A stretch of 32,000 bases of DNA from Telmatocola sphagniphila. Its GTDB lineage: Bacteria; Planctomycetota; Planctomycetia; Gemmatales; Gemmataceae. The notes beneath the pieces are model-generated. The model had not been told where the DNA came from, ran no database searches, and saw only the letters and a program-made list of their open reading frames with translations. A program made the translations under genes and the position numbers. The stretch is taken from NCBI RefSeq assembly GCF_018398935.1, contig NZ_CP074694.1, positions 2,850,001-2,882,000 of the forward strand. The letters are read 5' to 3'. Shown piece by piece: positions 9,704-18,386 of this stretch (positions within the stretch are counted from its first letter, which is position 1; the number at the start of each line of letters is the position of its first letter).

Positions 9704-10032
9704 GCTTTGCTCCTTGGGCTGCGTTGATGCAGCAAATTAACAGGTTGCCTCGATAGAATACAGCATTACAGTCCTCCGAATAACGGGGAACGATCGTCCC
9801 AACCAATCTGTTGGGGGAAGACTGATTAAGATAGCAACACTTGGAAGAACGTCAAATCGCGGGCCGGAAAATTTCCGAATTTCCTGGCAGGCATTATTCG
9901 GTCATATTCCGCTCTTCTTGCTCGAAAATGATAAAAGCAAATGTTAGGATAAAAATAGCTTGTGAGAGGGCATTTTTGGGAACTCTCCCCATCGATGTTC
10001 CATCTCATTAGTATCTCATTTCTTGGGTATTT

Positions 10033-10998
10033 ATGCGCGGTTTTCCACTAACTCTCCGGGCCCTGCTCCAGCAAATTCGGCTGCGATACCTGGTTTTACC
10101 CTTAATCCTCCTGATTTGGACCAGTCTGCTGACTGCTCAGGAGCCGGCTAAAGAAAATTTAAAGAAACAGGGCGAGCCCTATAAATCGGAGTACGATCCC
10201 AAAGACAATAAACCCGCCGAAGAAGTTCCTCTCGAAAATGAAGCTGAAAAAATTCAGCTGGATAAGAATCTCGACTGCTTCAAAGCCGTGGAAGATCTCG
10301 AGCCGGTCCGCAGTGCCGATAAGAATGAAGACGAACACTTCGCGTACAATTACATATTGGAGCACGCCCGCAAATTCAGCACGGCGGCTCTGGCTCGGAA
10401 CTCTCTTCGGAATATTCCGTACGCCAACTTCGTGGACGATATCCGGCAGGATTACCGCTACGATCTGATTCATGTGGAAGGGCGAATTGTTCGCATCGAC
10501 CTGATGAAACCGACGGAGATGCTGGCCAAAGCCTCCGGGGTCAAACAGCTTTATGAAATATGGCTCTTCCCGCTCGAGCGAGCTAATCAGGATAATCCCA
10601 TCTGTCTGGTGACCTCGGAGATTCCCGAAGGAATCAAAACAGGGCGAGATGTGGGCTATTGGGTCGAATTCGATGCATATTACTTTAAGTTGATGAAGTA
10701 CGAATCGGGCCAGAAACTCGCTAATAACCGCTATCAATGGCGGAAAGCCCCTCTGTTTCTGGGAAAAACTTTCCAGGTAATTCCGCAGCCCGAGGAAAAC
10801 AGCCTTTTCTCTTTTAAAGGCGGCTTCGTACCCGCCGTAGTCACAGTCCTCGGCGTGGTCGGTTTCACTGCACTGGGAATTGCGCTCTATTTTCGAAGAG
10901 GGGACCGTAAAGTACGCGAACGACTGGAGCAGATCCGGGGGAATACCAATCCTTTCGAAAATGCTCCGCCGCCTTCCGAATGGTTGGAACACAGTTAG
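10033..10998 (+). CDS. Hypothetical protein with an N-terminal signal/anchor and a C-terminal TM helix
   Basis: 321-aa ORF. Hydrophobic N-terminus LVLPLILLIWTSLLTAQEP. C-terminal TM PAVVTVLGVVGFTALGIALYF followed by basic residues. No family recognised. Confidence 0.65.
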   Translation: MRGFPLTLRALLQQIRLRYLVLPLILLIWTSLLTAQEPAKENLKKQGEPYKSEYDPKDNKPAEEVPLENEAEKIQLDKNLDCFKAVEDLEPVRSADKNEDEHFAYNYILEHARKFSTAALARNSLRNIPYANFVDDIRQDYRYDLIHVEGRIVRIDLMKPTEMLAKASGVKQLYEIWLFPLERANQDNPICLVTSEIPEGIKTGRDVGYWVEFDAYYFKLMKYESGQKLANNRYQWRKAPLFLGKTFQVIPQPEENSLFSFKGGFVPAVVTVLGVVGFTALGIALYFRRGDRKVRERLEQIRGNTNPFENAPPPSEWLEHS

Positions 10999-11064
10999 TT
11001 TCGCCCATGAATTGCAGAATTGTGAGCTTAACAGGTATCTCCCATACCTCGAGGAGTCTTGATC

Positions 11065-12669
11065 GTGACACCAAACCCTGAAATTCCACCGACCCTGGGA
11101 ACTGCTGTACCGCCTGCGGACAATCCCCAAGGTGGCAAAGCGGGCTCGCCGGTTATCCGTCGGCTGGACGTGCTTTCGGAAGACAGCCGGGAACGGCTGC
11201 TTCGTCGCGTGGCCCCGGCCTGGGCGATCAGCGGGATCATTCACGTCATACTGGTGATGATCGCCCTGGTGATCTTCGGCGGCAAGAAAGCGGCCGCTAA
11301 TGTGGAGGACAAGATCGTATCCACCTCCATCGAAGATTCCAAGGACAAAGAAGACAACCTGGTAAACGACGATGTCGGCTTCGATGCGGACCTGCAGGCC
11401 GCAACAGACGCGGCCCGCGAAGCCGATAAAAACGTGGAAGCTCCCGTCGTCGAAAACCAGCCCGTCGATGCCATGAAGAACGATAGTGACGCGCCCATCG
11501 TCGGGATGGCCCAGGGCTTCGGCGACCCCTCCAAAGATAGTGGCGTCACCGGCGATCTGGTGGCCAACAGCAATTCCAAGCTCGGCGAAGGCGGCGGATT
11601 CAACGCCATGGCCACCCGCGGACTCAGCCAGCGCGGCAGCGGTGCCACCAAGGATGCCTTGATCGGCAAATATGGTGGGAACACAGAATCCGAAGCGGCG
11701 GTGGCCCGCGGGCTCATCTGGCTTGCAAAACAGCAGAAAGAAGACGGCTCCTGGCGTTACGACGGCGGAGACAAGACCAACGAAGTCGCCGCCGCGACCG
11801 GCATGGCACTGCTCCCCTTCCTGGCCGCGGGTGAGACTCACAAGTACGGCAAGCACTATCAGCAGAACGTGTCTCGAGGACTGTCCTATCTTCAAAACCT
11901 CGTTGGCTCCAACGGTAAAGTTAATCAGGCAACCAGCATGTACGGACATGCCATCGCCACGATTGCCCTGTGTGAAGCTGTGGGGATGACCCGGGATCGC
12001 AGCCAACTGCGAGAGAAGGCACAACTGGCAGTCAACTATATCGTCAAAGCCCAAGCGACCGATGGAAGTTGGGGCTATACACCCGGTGCCTCGGGAGATA
12101 CCTCTATCGTCGGCTGGCAAGTTCAGGCTCTGAAGAGCGCCATTCTCGCCGAATTGAAAGTAGATAAGGCAGTGCTCGAAAAAGCCGTTGGCTTTCTAGA
12201 TCGAGTGAGTACCGATAGCGGTTCCCGCTACGGCTATCGCGACAATGAAAATACCACAAATCTGCTCTCCTCCGTCGGCCTTCTTTGCCGTCAGTACATC
12301 AGCGGTTGGGGACCGGGTACTCCCGGATTGATCAAGGGAGTCGATGAGTTCCTGAAATCGGGGATGCCCACGCGGGCGAATTTCGACATCTACTTCCACT
12401 ACTATGCCACTCAGGTCGTTCACTTTTTCGAGGGACCAGCCTGGCACCAGAAGTGGAATCCGGCCATGCGGGATCTCCTGATCAGCCTTCAGCGCAAGAA
12501 TTCGGACGACAAGAACCGAGGCAGCTGGGATGCGGATGGCTTCAGCATTGGAACGCACTGTTCCCGTCTGGGAACGACCTGCTTGAGTCTATTGACTCTG
12601 GAAGTTTACTATCGCCATCTTCCTTTGAACAAACGAGATAATGCCGGTCTCGCAGAGTTGAATCGCTAA
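11065..12669 (+). CDS. TM-anchored prenyltransferase/squalene-oxidase-repeat (alpha/alpha-toroid) protein
   Basis: One TM helix (AISGIIHVILVMIALVIFGG), then repeated QxxDGSW-type motifs (KQQKEDGSWRYDGG, KAQATDGSWGY, RGSWD). GAGGAG at 11051-11056 favours the GTG start at 11065 over the listed TTG at 11059. Confidence 0.75.
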   Translation: MTPNPEIPPTLGTAVPPADNPQGGKAGSPVIRRLDVLSEDSRERLLRRVAPAWAISGIIHVILVMIALVIFGGKKAAANVEDKIVSTSIEDSKDKEDNLVNDDVGFDADLQAATDAAREADKNVEAPVVENQPVDAMKNDSDAPIVGMAQGFGDPSKDSGVTGDLVANSNSKLGEGGGFNAMATRGLSQRGSGATKDALIGKYGGNTESEAAVARGLIWLAKQQKEDGSWRYDGGDKTNEVAAATGMALLPFLAAGETHKYGKHYQQNVSRGLSYLQNLVGSNGKVNQATSMYGHAIATIALCEAVGMTRDRSQLREKAQLAVNYIVKAQATDGSWGYTPGASGDTSIVGWQVQALKSAILAELKVDKAVLEKAVGFLDRVSTDSGSRYGYRDNENTTNLLSSVGLLCRQYISGWGPGTPGLIKGVDEFLKSGMPTRANFDIYFHYYATQVVHFFEGPAWHQKWNPAMRDLLISLQRKNSDDKNRGSWDADGFSIGTHCSRLGTTCLSLLTLEVYYRHLPLNKRDNAGLAELNR

Positions 12670-12690
12670 AGGGCATCGAACGGAAAATCG

Positions 12691-12742
12691 AAAGCGGAGG
12701 AAAGTCGCTTCCCTCGGGAAGTGCCTTTCCTCCGCTTTTTTT
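12691..12742 (+). terminator. Rho-independent terminator; its symmetry may let it act on both convergent genes
   Basis: AAAGCGGAGGAAAG (12691-12704) pairs with CTTTCCTCCGCTTT (12725-12738), followed by a T-run to 12742. An inner mini-hairpin is CTTCCC/GGGAAG. It lies between the convergent stops at 12669 and 12759. Confidence 0.8.
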
Positions 12743-12758
12743 GGGATTTGGATCTGGA

Positions 12759-13955
12759 TTAGGATTTGGTGGCGGTAGCCAGTGCGACGGCCAGCCGGCA
12801 GCCACTCTCAAATTCGCTCAGATCGACCCACTCATTCACAGTGTGAATCTCGTTTTGCCCCGCCCCGAATGTGATGGTCGGTATACCATGCTTTACCATC
12901 CAGTTGGCATCCAGTCCGCCGTTGGTCACTTTCAAGTTTGGTTCCCGGCCGAGCTTTCGGATGGCCGACATTGCGTGCTTCACGATCGGTGCGTTTTCCT
13001 TGATTCGAAACGGTAAATAATCGAGTCGGGAGGTGAATTTTACTTTGCCCGTCCGCCCCTTGTGATCTCGAACTTCCTTAACCGCCAAGCTGAAGGCGGC
13101 TTTGTACGCGGCCGTGATCGATCGTACGAATTTGGCATCGTGGCTGCGCGATTCACCGCGAATCAGAATATAATCGGTCACTACGTTCGTGGCTTCTCCG
13201 GCACTTCGCCCATGCTTATCGCCGACGCTGCCGATGTTGCTGGTCCCTTCATGACCTTCCTTCACAATCTTCCCGAACCAGCCATTTTTGAACAAATCGG
13301 CCATGGCTAACGACAGGATCATTGTGGCTGAGATCCCCATTTCCGGATGAACGCCGGCATGTGCTGCCTTTCCGAAAATCTCGACTTCCCATCGGTCAGC
13401 TCCCACCGCCCCAATAGTCACATCCGCGGCAGAACGACCGTCGAAGTTGAAAGCCATCACCGGTTCGTGGAGATCTTTGGGATCGACATTGCGGGCTCCA
13501 AACAGGCCCGACTCTTCTCGAACCGTGAACAGTAAAGTGATCGGCGGATGCGGTAACTTTCTGCGGATTAATTCTGCGGCCAGCGTCACCAGTACCGCAC
13601 AGCCCGTGCGATTATCGCCACCCAGAGCGGTCACTCCCGCTGGTACGATGCGATTGCCCTTCCGAACCGGTTCCGCCCCGGCGCACAAGGGAACGGTATC
13701 CATATGCGTCATGAACAAAATTCGAGGGGCGCTGAATGTGCCCGGCAGATTCACGATCAAATTGCCGGTTTGCGTCGGCAAAGCAATTCGTTCATTGGCC
13801 GTATCGAAACGAATCGCCGAGGCCGGGACACCAACCTCTCCGAGAGCTTTCTGGATCTCCTTCGCGATGGCCGCTTCCTGACCGGTAATCCCTTCTACGG
13901 ACAGGAAGCGCATCAACCGATCAATAGCCGGTTCAATCTGGACATCGCTTGGCAT
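12759..13955 (-). CDS. M20-family metallopeptidase, PepT-like
   Basis: 398 aa. Metal and catalytic motifs HMDTV, LGGDNRTG and VREESGLFGA appear in the M20/PepT order. Confidence 0.85.
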   Translation of the reverse strand: MPSDVQIEPAIDRLMRFLSVEGITGQEAAIAKEIQKALGEVGVPASAIRFDTANERIALPTQTGNLIVNLPGTFSAPRILFMTHMDTVPLCAGAEPVRKGNRIVPAGVTALGGDNRTGCAVLVTLAAELIRRKLPHPPITLLFTVREESGLFGARNVDPKDLHEPVMAFNFDGRSAADVTIGAVGADRWEVEIFGKAAHAGVHPEMGISATMILSLAMADLFKNGWFGKIVKEGHEGTSNIGSVGDKHGRSAGEATNVVTDYILIRGESRSHDAKFVRSITAAYKAAFSLAVKEVRDHKGRTGKVKFTSRLDYLPFRIKENAPIVKHAMSAIRKLGREPNLKVTNGGLDANWMVKHGIPTITFGAGQNEIHTVNEWVDLSEFESGCRLAVALATATKS

Positions 13956-14066
13956 TGGGAAATCATCCTTTTCAGCGGGAGATATTCGAAAAGATTATTG
14001 TAGAAGACTTCATCGCAAGGACGTATTGCTGCAGCCGGTCGGGGAAACGATTTGCCTTCGAAAAAT

Positions 14067-14098
14067 AAAAAAAACCGCTCGAAGCAGGTTCGAACGGT
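14067..14098 (-). terminator. Rho-independent terminator ending the minus-strand gene run
   Basis: On the minus-strand RNA, AACCGTTCGAA-CCTGC-TTCGAGCGGT forms a stem with 9 of 10 positions paired, followed by TTTTTTTT. It lies 30 nt after the stop at 14128. Confidence 0.75.
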
Positions 14099-14127
14099 TA
14101 AGTGATGGGGACTTCAAGAAGGAGAGC

Positions 14128-14679
14128 TTATTTGAAAGCTTTGATCCATTCTTCGAATGCCTTCTGGTGTTTTTCAACCGTCTTCTTCGGGCCAATCACT
14201 CGGAGGAAGTAAGGACCGTTTTCGCTCTCGACAATCGCACCGAGCAGGCGGAAATCTTTTTTCTCCGTCACGGGCGAGCTGGGATTGAAAGGCTGTGCTT
14301 TAAACTTGTAAGTGCCGTTTTCGACAATCAGGTAGTTCACTTTCACTTTATCGCCGTTGATTTTGAATTCCGAAGCCTTGCTGACATCGTCGATTTTCTT
14401 GCCTTCGGGTGCATCGAACTGGTCTTTCCAGCGCTTCAGATTATCGGGTACGCCGCCGCCGCCGCCCTTGCCGAAGTAGAAGATCACCAGTTCGGCATCT
14501 TCCGAATCGCCGTCGGCTTTGGGAAGTTTGGCCTGCATCAGGCGCATTTTGTTGCTGCCTTCTTCGGTCTTCCAGCCGTCGGGGATCTTGGATTTCATCC
14601 CGTCCATTTCGAAATCCGCCGCGAAGCAGTAACCGACCAGCGCGAAGGCCAGAAGTCCGGTTCCGAACAATTTAACCAT
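14128..14679 (-). CDS. Hypothetical secreted protein
   Basis: 183 aa. Signal peptide MVKLFGTGLLAFALVGYCFAA. GGGAG sits 8 nt before the ATG. Only 25 nt downstream of the isomerase-like gene, so probably co-transcribed. The antisense 223-aa ORF is rejected. Confidence 0.7.
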   Translation of the reverse strand: MVKLFGTGLLAFALVGYCFAADFEMDGMKSKIPDGWKTEEGSNKMRLMQAKLPKADGDSEDAELVIFYFGKGGGGGVPDNLKRWKDQFDAPEGKKIDDVSKASEFKINGDKVKVNYLIVENGTYKFKAQPFNPSSPVTEKKDFRLLGAIVESENGPYFLRVIGPKKTVEKHQKAFEEWIKAFK

Positions 14680-14704
14680 CGTTGCAACTCCCTGTGATTA
14701 GGAC

Positions 14705-15952
14705 TTAGATCTTGAATATCTCACGAACGTTATCGCGAAGCAATCGTTTACCCAACTCAACCGCCTGATTTTCGCTCCAGCCCCGCGACCGGACGAAATC
14801 TTCCGCCAGTACGTTGGCCAGAACGCGTCGATACATGCCGAATTTGGGCAATACAAATTCCAGTTTATACGCATCGCTATAGTAGGCGATCTGCTTGGTT
14901 TTTGGAACAGCCTGAAGGCGAGATTTTAGATCGCTGTGAATATACGCCGGAATATTGCTGTACCACCAATGCCCGTTGGTTACGACGTTCGGGAAAATCC
15001 AGGCGTGGCTGACCAACTCTTGATTCGAGTTCGAACAGAGCACCGAGATCGGAAAGGTCACCTGCGGGAAGGCATTGAACAGCTCGGCGTATTGCAGAAG
15101 TGAAACGCGCTGATCGAAAAGATCCTGCCCCTGATAGACGCCGTTGCGGTACACTTGACGATTCACGCCGATCATCAGATCAAAAGGGAGCTTATATTCC
15201 CGGCAATGTTCCGCAATCACCCAGAAGATACCGGCGGGACTGAGAGCCTCGGCATCCGCTTTCGGACTGAAATTGGGAGGCAGACTGATTGCGCAGGCCT
15301 TGGCGTTTTTCGACAGAAACTGCTCGAAGAGCTTGCGGATTGCCCGTTTCAGGCTTGGCCCATCGTGAACTTCCACACCGGTCGCCCGAGCCAGGCGAAT
15401 CTGAATTTCCCGTTCTTGCAACCGGAAGACCAGTGCATCGGTCCTCAAACAGGGAACATAACGGCTGGTATCGAAATCCTCCAGCGGATCGTCGAATTCA
15501 TTGGTAAGGAATATAGCTTCAAGATTCGATTTCTTGAAAACCTGTTCCTCCCAATCGGATTGGGCAAATATTTTCTCCGCCCGATCATATAAGCGATCAG
15601 AATTGTCGGCAGAAATCTGGTCTTCCGTCATTCCCAAAAAGGATTTCACGATTTCTGCAAACCAGCTGTACTGCAAAGTGTTATCAAAACGCTCGATATG
15701 CTGCAAAATCGCTCGGACCCGTTCCCGGCCGGGCACATCCTTCGCCAAAGGTGCCTGACTCATTCCCGCGCTATGCGCCAATTCGGTGTAGTAATGGTAA
15801 CCGAGAATGTCGTCCAGTGAACGGGAGACGGGATTCAGCGGGTCTATATGCGAATGAGGATCTATTAGCGGAATGTCTTCGAGAGCCTGAGTGAGATCCA
15901 GAACCAGTTGATCGGCCATGCGAAAGCTCTTAAAAGACGAATAAGCTTTCAC
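14705..15952 (-). CDS. Amidohydrolase-superfamily enzyme resembling divergent (Bacillus halodurans Bh0493-type) uronate/glucuronate isomerases
   Basis: Motifs DPHSHI, LGYHYYTELA, AISLPPNFSP, LPFDLMIGVNRQVY and GHWWYSN occur in the same order as in my recollection of Bh0493-type uronate isomerase. GTG start at 15952, with an in-frame ATG alternative at 15919. Confidence 0.7.
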   Translation of the reverse strand: MKAYSSFKSFRMADQLVLDLTQALEDIPLIDPHSHIDPLNPVSRSLDDILGYHYYTELAHSAGMSQAPLAKDVPGRERVRAILQHIERFDNTLQYSWFAEIVKSFLGMTEDQISADNSDRLYDRAEKIFAQSDWEEQVFKKSNLEAIFLTNEFDDPLEDFDTSRYVPCLRTDALVFRLQEREIQIRLARATGVEVHDGPSLKRAIRKLFEQFLSKNAKACAISLPPNFSPKADAEALSPAGIFWVIAEHCREYKLPFDLMIGVNRQVYRNGVYQGQDLFDQRVSLLQYAELFNAFPQVTFPISVLCSNSNQELVSHAWIFPNVVTNGHWWYSNIPAYIHSDLKSRLQAVPKTKQIAYYSDAYKLEFVLPKFGMYRRVLANVLAEDFVRSRGWSENQAVELGKRLLRDNVREIFKI

Positions 15953-16033
15953 ATCAATGTATGAACCCTCGCCGGAGACAGAGAGGGGAGCTGGGACAAT
16001 ACGGGTTTCAACTATCCGAAAGAATGGCCGCGA

Positions 16034-16711
16034 TTATTTGCCATCGGCTTGGGAAATCCCCAATCCTGCCAACTGTTTCTGATTGTCGGCAATCACGACC
16101 TTGACGGGCGTCGGGTTCCCTAACCAGGCTTTGGGGGCCGTCGCTATCGGAGTCGGAGTCGCCAGAGAAGCATTAGCGGTCAGGCTGGCGGGCAATTGAG
16201 CGGGAGGAGAAGCCGTCGTCACCGTTTTGAGAGAGACCGGCGTAATCAATGTTGCGGGTGGAACTGCCGAAGGAGTCGCCGCCAGTGAGGTCGGTGGGTT
16301 CAGCGATACCGGCGGTTGTGGGTTGTAGGGAGACACGACATTTCCCAGACTGGCTTTAAGACCAGGAGCCTTCGAGGACGTGGCCACGGCAGTCACGCCG
16401 ATTGCCGGCGGAGGATTTCCGTCAGGCGTCAACCAGTGCTTGGAAGGAGTGGAATCCACCTCAGTCGGTTTAGCGACGACTTTGGGTGCATCGAAACGAG
16501 CGGCCAAAGGTGGGCTGATCACGGGATCAGTTTTTTCCGGAGTTACCGTAGGCAGAATTCTCGGCTCGGCAACAGGACTTCCATTCGGAGCACTCCAGCG
16601 CGTCTGGTAGTATCCCGAGGCGGTTGTGGCCGGCGGTCGGACACCGTCCTGGGCGAAGGCCAACCCGGCGGGGCCGCAGAGTAAAAGCAGGGCGAGACTC
16701 AACTTCTTCAT
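16034..16711 (-). CDS. Secreted Pro/Thr/Ala/Ser-rich low-complexity protein
   Basis: 225 aa. Signal peptide MKKLSLALLLLCGPAGLAFAQ. AAGGA sits 7 nt before the ATG. The rest is extended P/T/A/S-rich sequence carrying three W-x-x-P-[DN]-G-like motifs. Confidence 0.65.
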   Translation of the reverse strand: MKKLSLALLLLCGPAGLAFAQDGVRPPATTASGYYQTRWSAPNGSPVAEPRILPTVTPEKTDPVISPPLAARFDAPKVVAKPTEVDSTPSKHWLTPDGNPPPAIGVTAVATSSKAPGLKASLGNVVSPYNPQPPVSLNPPTSLAATPSAVPPATLITPVSLKTVTTASPPAQLPASLTANASLATPTPIATAPKAWLGNPTPVKVVIADNQKQLAGLGISQADGK

Positions 16712-16749
16712 CGGAATTCCTTTTCCTACGAATCTTCAAATCCTGGAAT

Positions 16750-17235
16750 TTACTGTCCTCGCGTAGCGCTGCCGCGAGCCGCTCCGTTGTTCAAACCGCT
16801 CGCCCCGAACGGACTGCCGGCATTAATGGCCCCGGTGGTTCTTCCGCTAAAGGAGTTGTTTACCACGCCCTGCCCCGCACTAAAGCCGCTGCGGTTCAGA
16901 CTCATGAAATAGGGCTGCGTATTCAGGAAGCGAATCGAATTGCCCGTGATGGGCACGTTATCGATTCCATTAATCGCCTGGGTATTTTGAACCTGCTGAG
17001 TGGCTAGCCCCTGCACCTGCTGCCGGAACTGCAGTTCGGGCCGAACCAGTCCATAATAGTTGGCAAGTGTGGAGCTACCGCCGCGAAGCAGGTTCAAATA
17101 AGGGCTCGTGGTTGGCCCTCCCTGACCGAAACCGGGATTCATGGCCCCGCCAATCGGTGGCCCCGCGGGATACTGCGCGAAAGCCGACGCATTCAAAACC
17201 AGAAACAGCGCGAAAGCGAGAAAAATTTGTCGCAT
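16750..17235 (-). CDS. Secreted Gly/Asn/Gln-rich protein
   Basis: 161 aa. Signal peptide MRQIFLAFALFLVLNASAFAQ. The mature part is rich in G, N, Q and S, with a duplicated PY[LF]..L.R.G motif. Confidence 0.65.
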   Translation of the reverse strand: MRQIFLAFALFLVLNASAFAQYPAGPPIGGAMNPGFGQGGPTTSPYLNLLRGGSSTLANYYGLVRPELQFRQQVQGLATQQVQNTQAINGIDNVPITGNSIRFLNTQPYFMSLNRSGFSAGQGVVNNSFSGRTTGAINAGSPFGASGLNNGAARGSATRGQ

Positions 17236-17250
17236 TTGGAAAACCTCTGA

Positions 17251-17279
17251 ATCGGGAGGGGTTCGATTACCCTCCCGAT
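17251..17279 (-). promoter_or_regulatory. Perfect 10-bp GC-rich intergenic hairpin; attenuator or RNA-stability element
   Basis: ATCGGGAGGG (17251-17260) pairs with CCCTCCCGAT (17270-17279), with a 9-nt loop. It lies between the Wza-like stop (17289) and the next start (17235). Confidence 0.5.
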
Positions 17280-17288
17280 ATTGTAGTC

Positions 17289-18386
17289 CTAGAATCCGCC
17301 CGAGACATTCGTCTGGCCATCCACGGCTCGCACAGCCCCGTTACCCAGCAGAGTGAATCCGAAGATTCTCTCGAACGGTGCCAGCACCTGAGCCAGCTTG
17401 TTGTCGAATGTGATCCAGGGGTTGGCCTTCACGAACAAGCGGTCCCCGGGGAGCAATTGATAATTCGTTGCTACCTTGCCTTTGGTGGTAATGCCCATCC
17501 AGTCGACGGGAAGAATCAGTTCTTCATTCACACTCGTCGGCGACGGTCGGGCGATCCAGATCGAGTTGGTGCTCGACACGGGTGACAACCCATACAGTTG
17601 GCTGACGGCATCCAGGACGGTGTCTTTCCCAGTTACCGGCAGGCGGACCACTTGTTGACCGCGGTTCGCCCCGTCATAGATCACGTAAAAAGTTTTGCTG
17701 TTGAAGGCAGCGACACTCACAGCGATCTCGGGTGACTGCAAATATTTACCCAGATGCTGTTCGATGACCTGTCGGGCCTGCGTTACCGTCAAGCCGACCA
17801 CTCGAACGTTTCCATAGGTACCGAGATTCACCGTTCCATCCGGCTGCACCAAATGCTCGCCGCGAATCTGCTGAAGAACGCGCGACTGGCTGAGCGACAC
17901 CACAGCCTTCGGATCCTTCAGTTTAACAATGGTCTTGAGGTGTTTTTCGATCGCTTCTTTAGCCTCGGGCAAAGTCATGCCCTGAAGCTTGATCGGTCCG
18001 CCATAGCTGGGGCCGAGATTCACGCTGCCATCTGGTTCCACAATATAAACGGTGTTGATCGGCTCTTCCGGATTGGAATTGGCAACCTGGATGAACAAGC
18101 CATCGAGCGGTTCGACCTTATAGGGCAATTGCGGTAGAACTCGAATAGCATCGATCCGCAGGATATCGGGCGGTTCGATCTGGTATTCCGGCATGGTAAC
18201 CATGTCGAGTTCGCGCGGCAGATTGCCGTTGTAAGGCTGCGGATCGCCATGGTGTGCTTTGGTGACTACATAAGGATCGAAAACGTTTTTCTGCGAAGAG
18301 GTGCTTAGACAACCTGTGTTGGCGAGCGCTATCGCCAGATAGAATCCACAAGCCATCGCGAATCGCCAGCGTCCGTTCGAAGTCAT
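17289..18386 (-). CDS. Polysaccharide export protein (Wza-like; Poly_export plus SLBB repeats), probable lipoprotein
   Basis: PEYQIEPPDILRIDA plus repeated DGSVNLG/DGTVNLG SLBB-type motifs. I prefer the internal ATG at 18386 because MTSNGRWRFAMACGFYLAIALANTGC is a lipobox-type signal and is preceded by GGGGGGAA. The listed ORF extends to 18524. Confidence 0.85.
   Translation of the reverse strand: MTSNGRWRFAMACGFYLAIALANTGCLSTSSQKNVFDPYVVTKAHHGDPQPYNGNLPRELDMVTMPEYQIEPPDILRIDAIRVLPQLPYKVEPLDGLFIQVANSNPEEPINTVYIVEPDGSVNLGPSYGGPIKLQGMTLPEAKEAIEKHLKTIVKLKDPKAVVSLSQSRVLQQIRGEHLVQPDGTVNLGTYGNVRVVGLTVTQARQVIEQHLGKYLQSPEIAVSVAAFNSKTFYVIYDGANRGQQVVRLPVTGKDTVLDAVSQLYGLSPVSSTNSIWIARPSPTSVNEELILPVDWMGITTKGKVATNYQLLPGDRLFVKANPWITFDNKLAQVLAPFERIFGFTLLGNGAVRAVDGQTNVSGGF

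Noticed and set aside
10159-12120. A 653-aa ORF on the minus strand spanning two plus-strand genes
   Set aside because: It is antisense to two ORFs that have coherent signal/TM features, recognisable repeats (DGSW), an SD-supported start and a downstream terminator. Its own translation is compositionally odd (rich in G, R, H and C) with no motifs. I treat it as a shadow ORF, as is typical of GC-biased coding DNA.
14074-14098. tRNA-like GGTTCGAA / GTTCGATTA sequences (14087-14094 and the loop of 17251-17279)
   Set aside because: Both sit inside simple long-stem hairpins, one a terminator and one an intergenic stem. There are no flanking acceptor, D or anticodon arms and no CCA-proximal structure. 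I can support no tRNA gene anywhere in the window.
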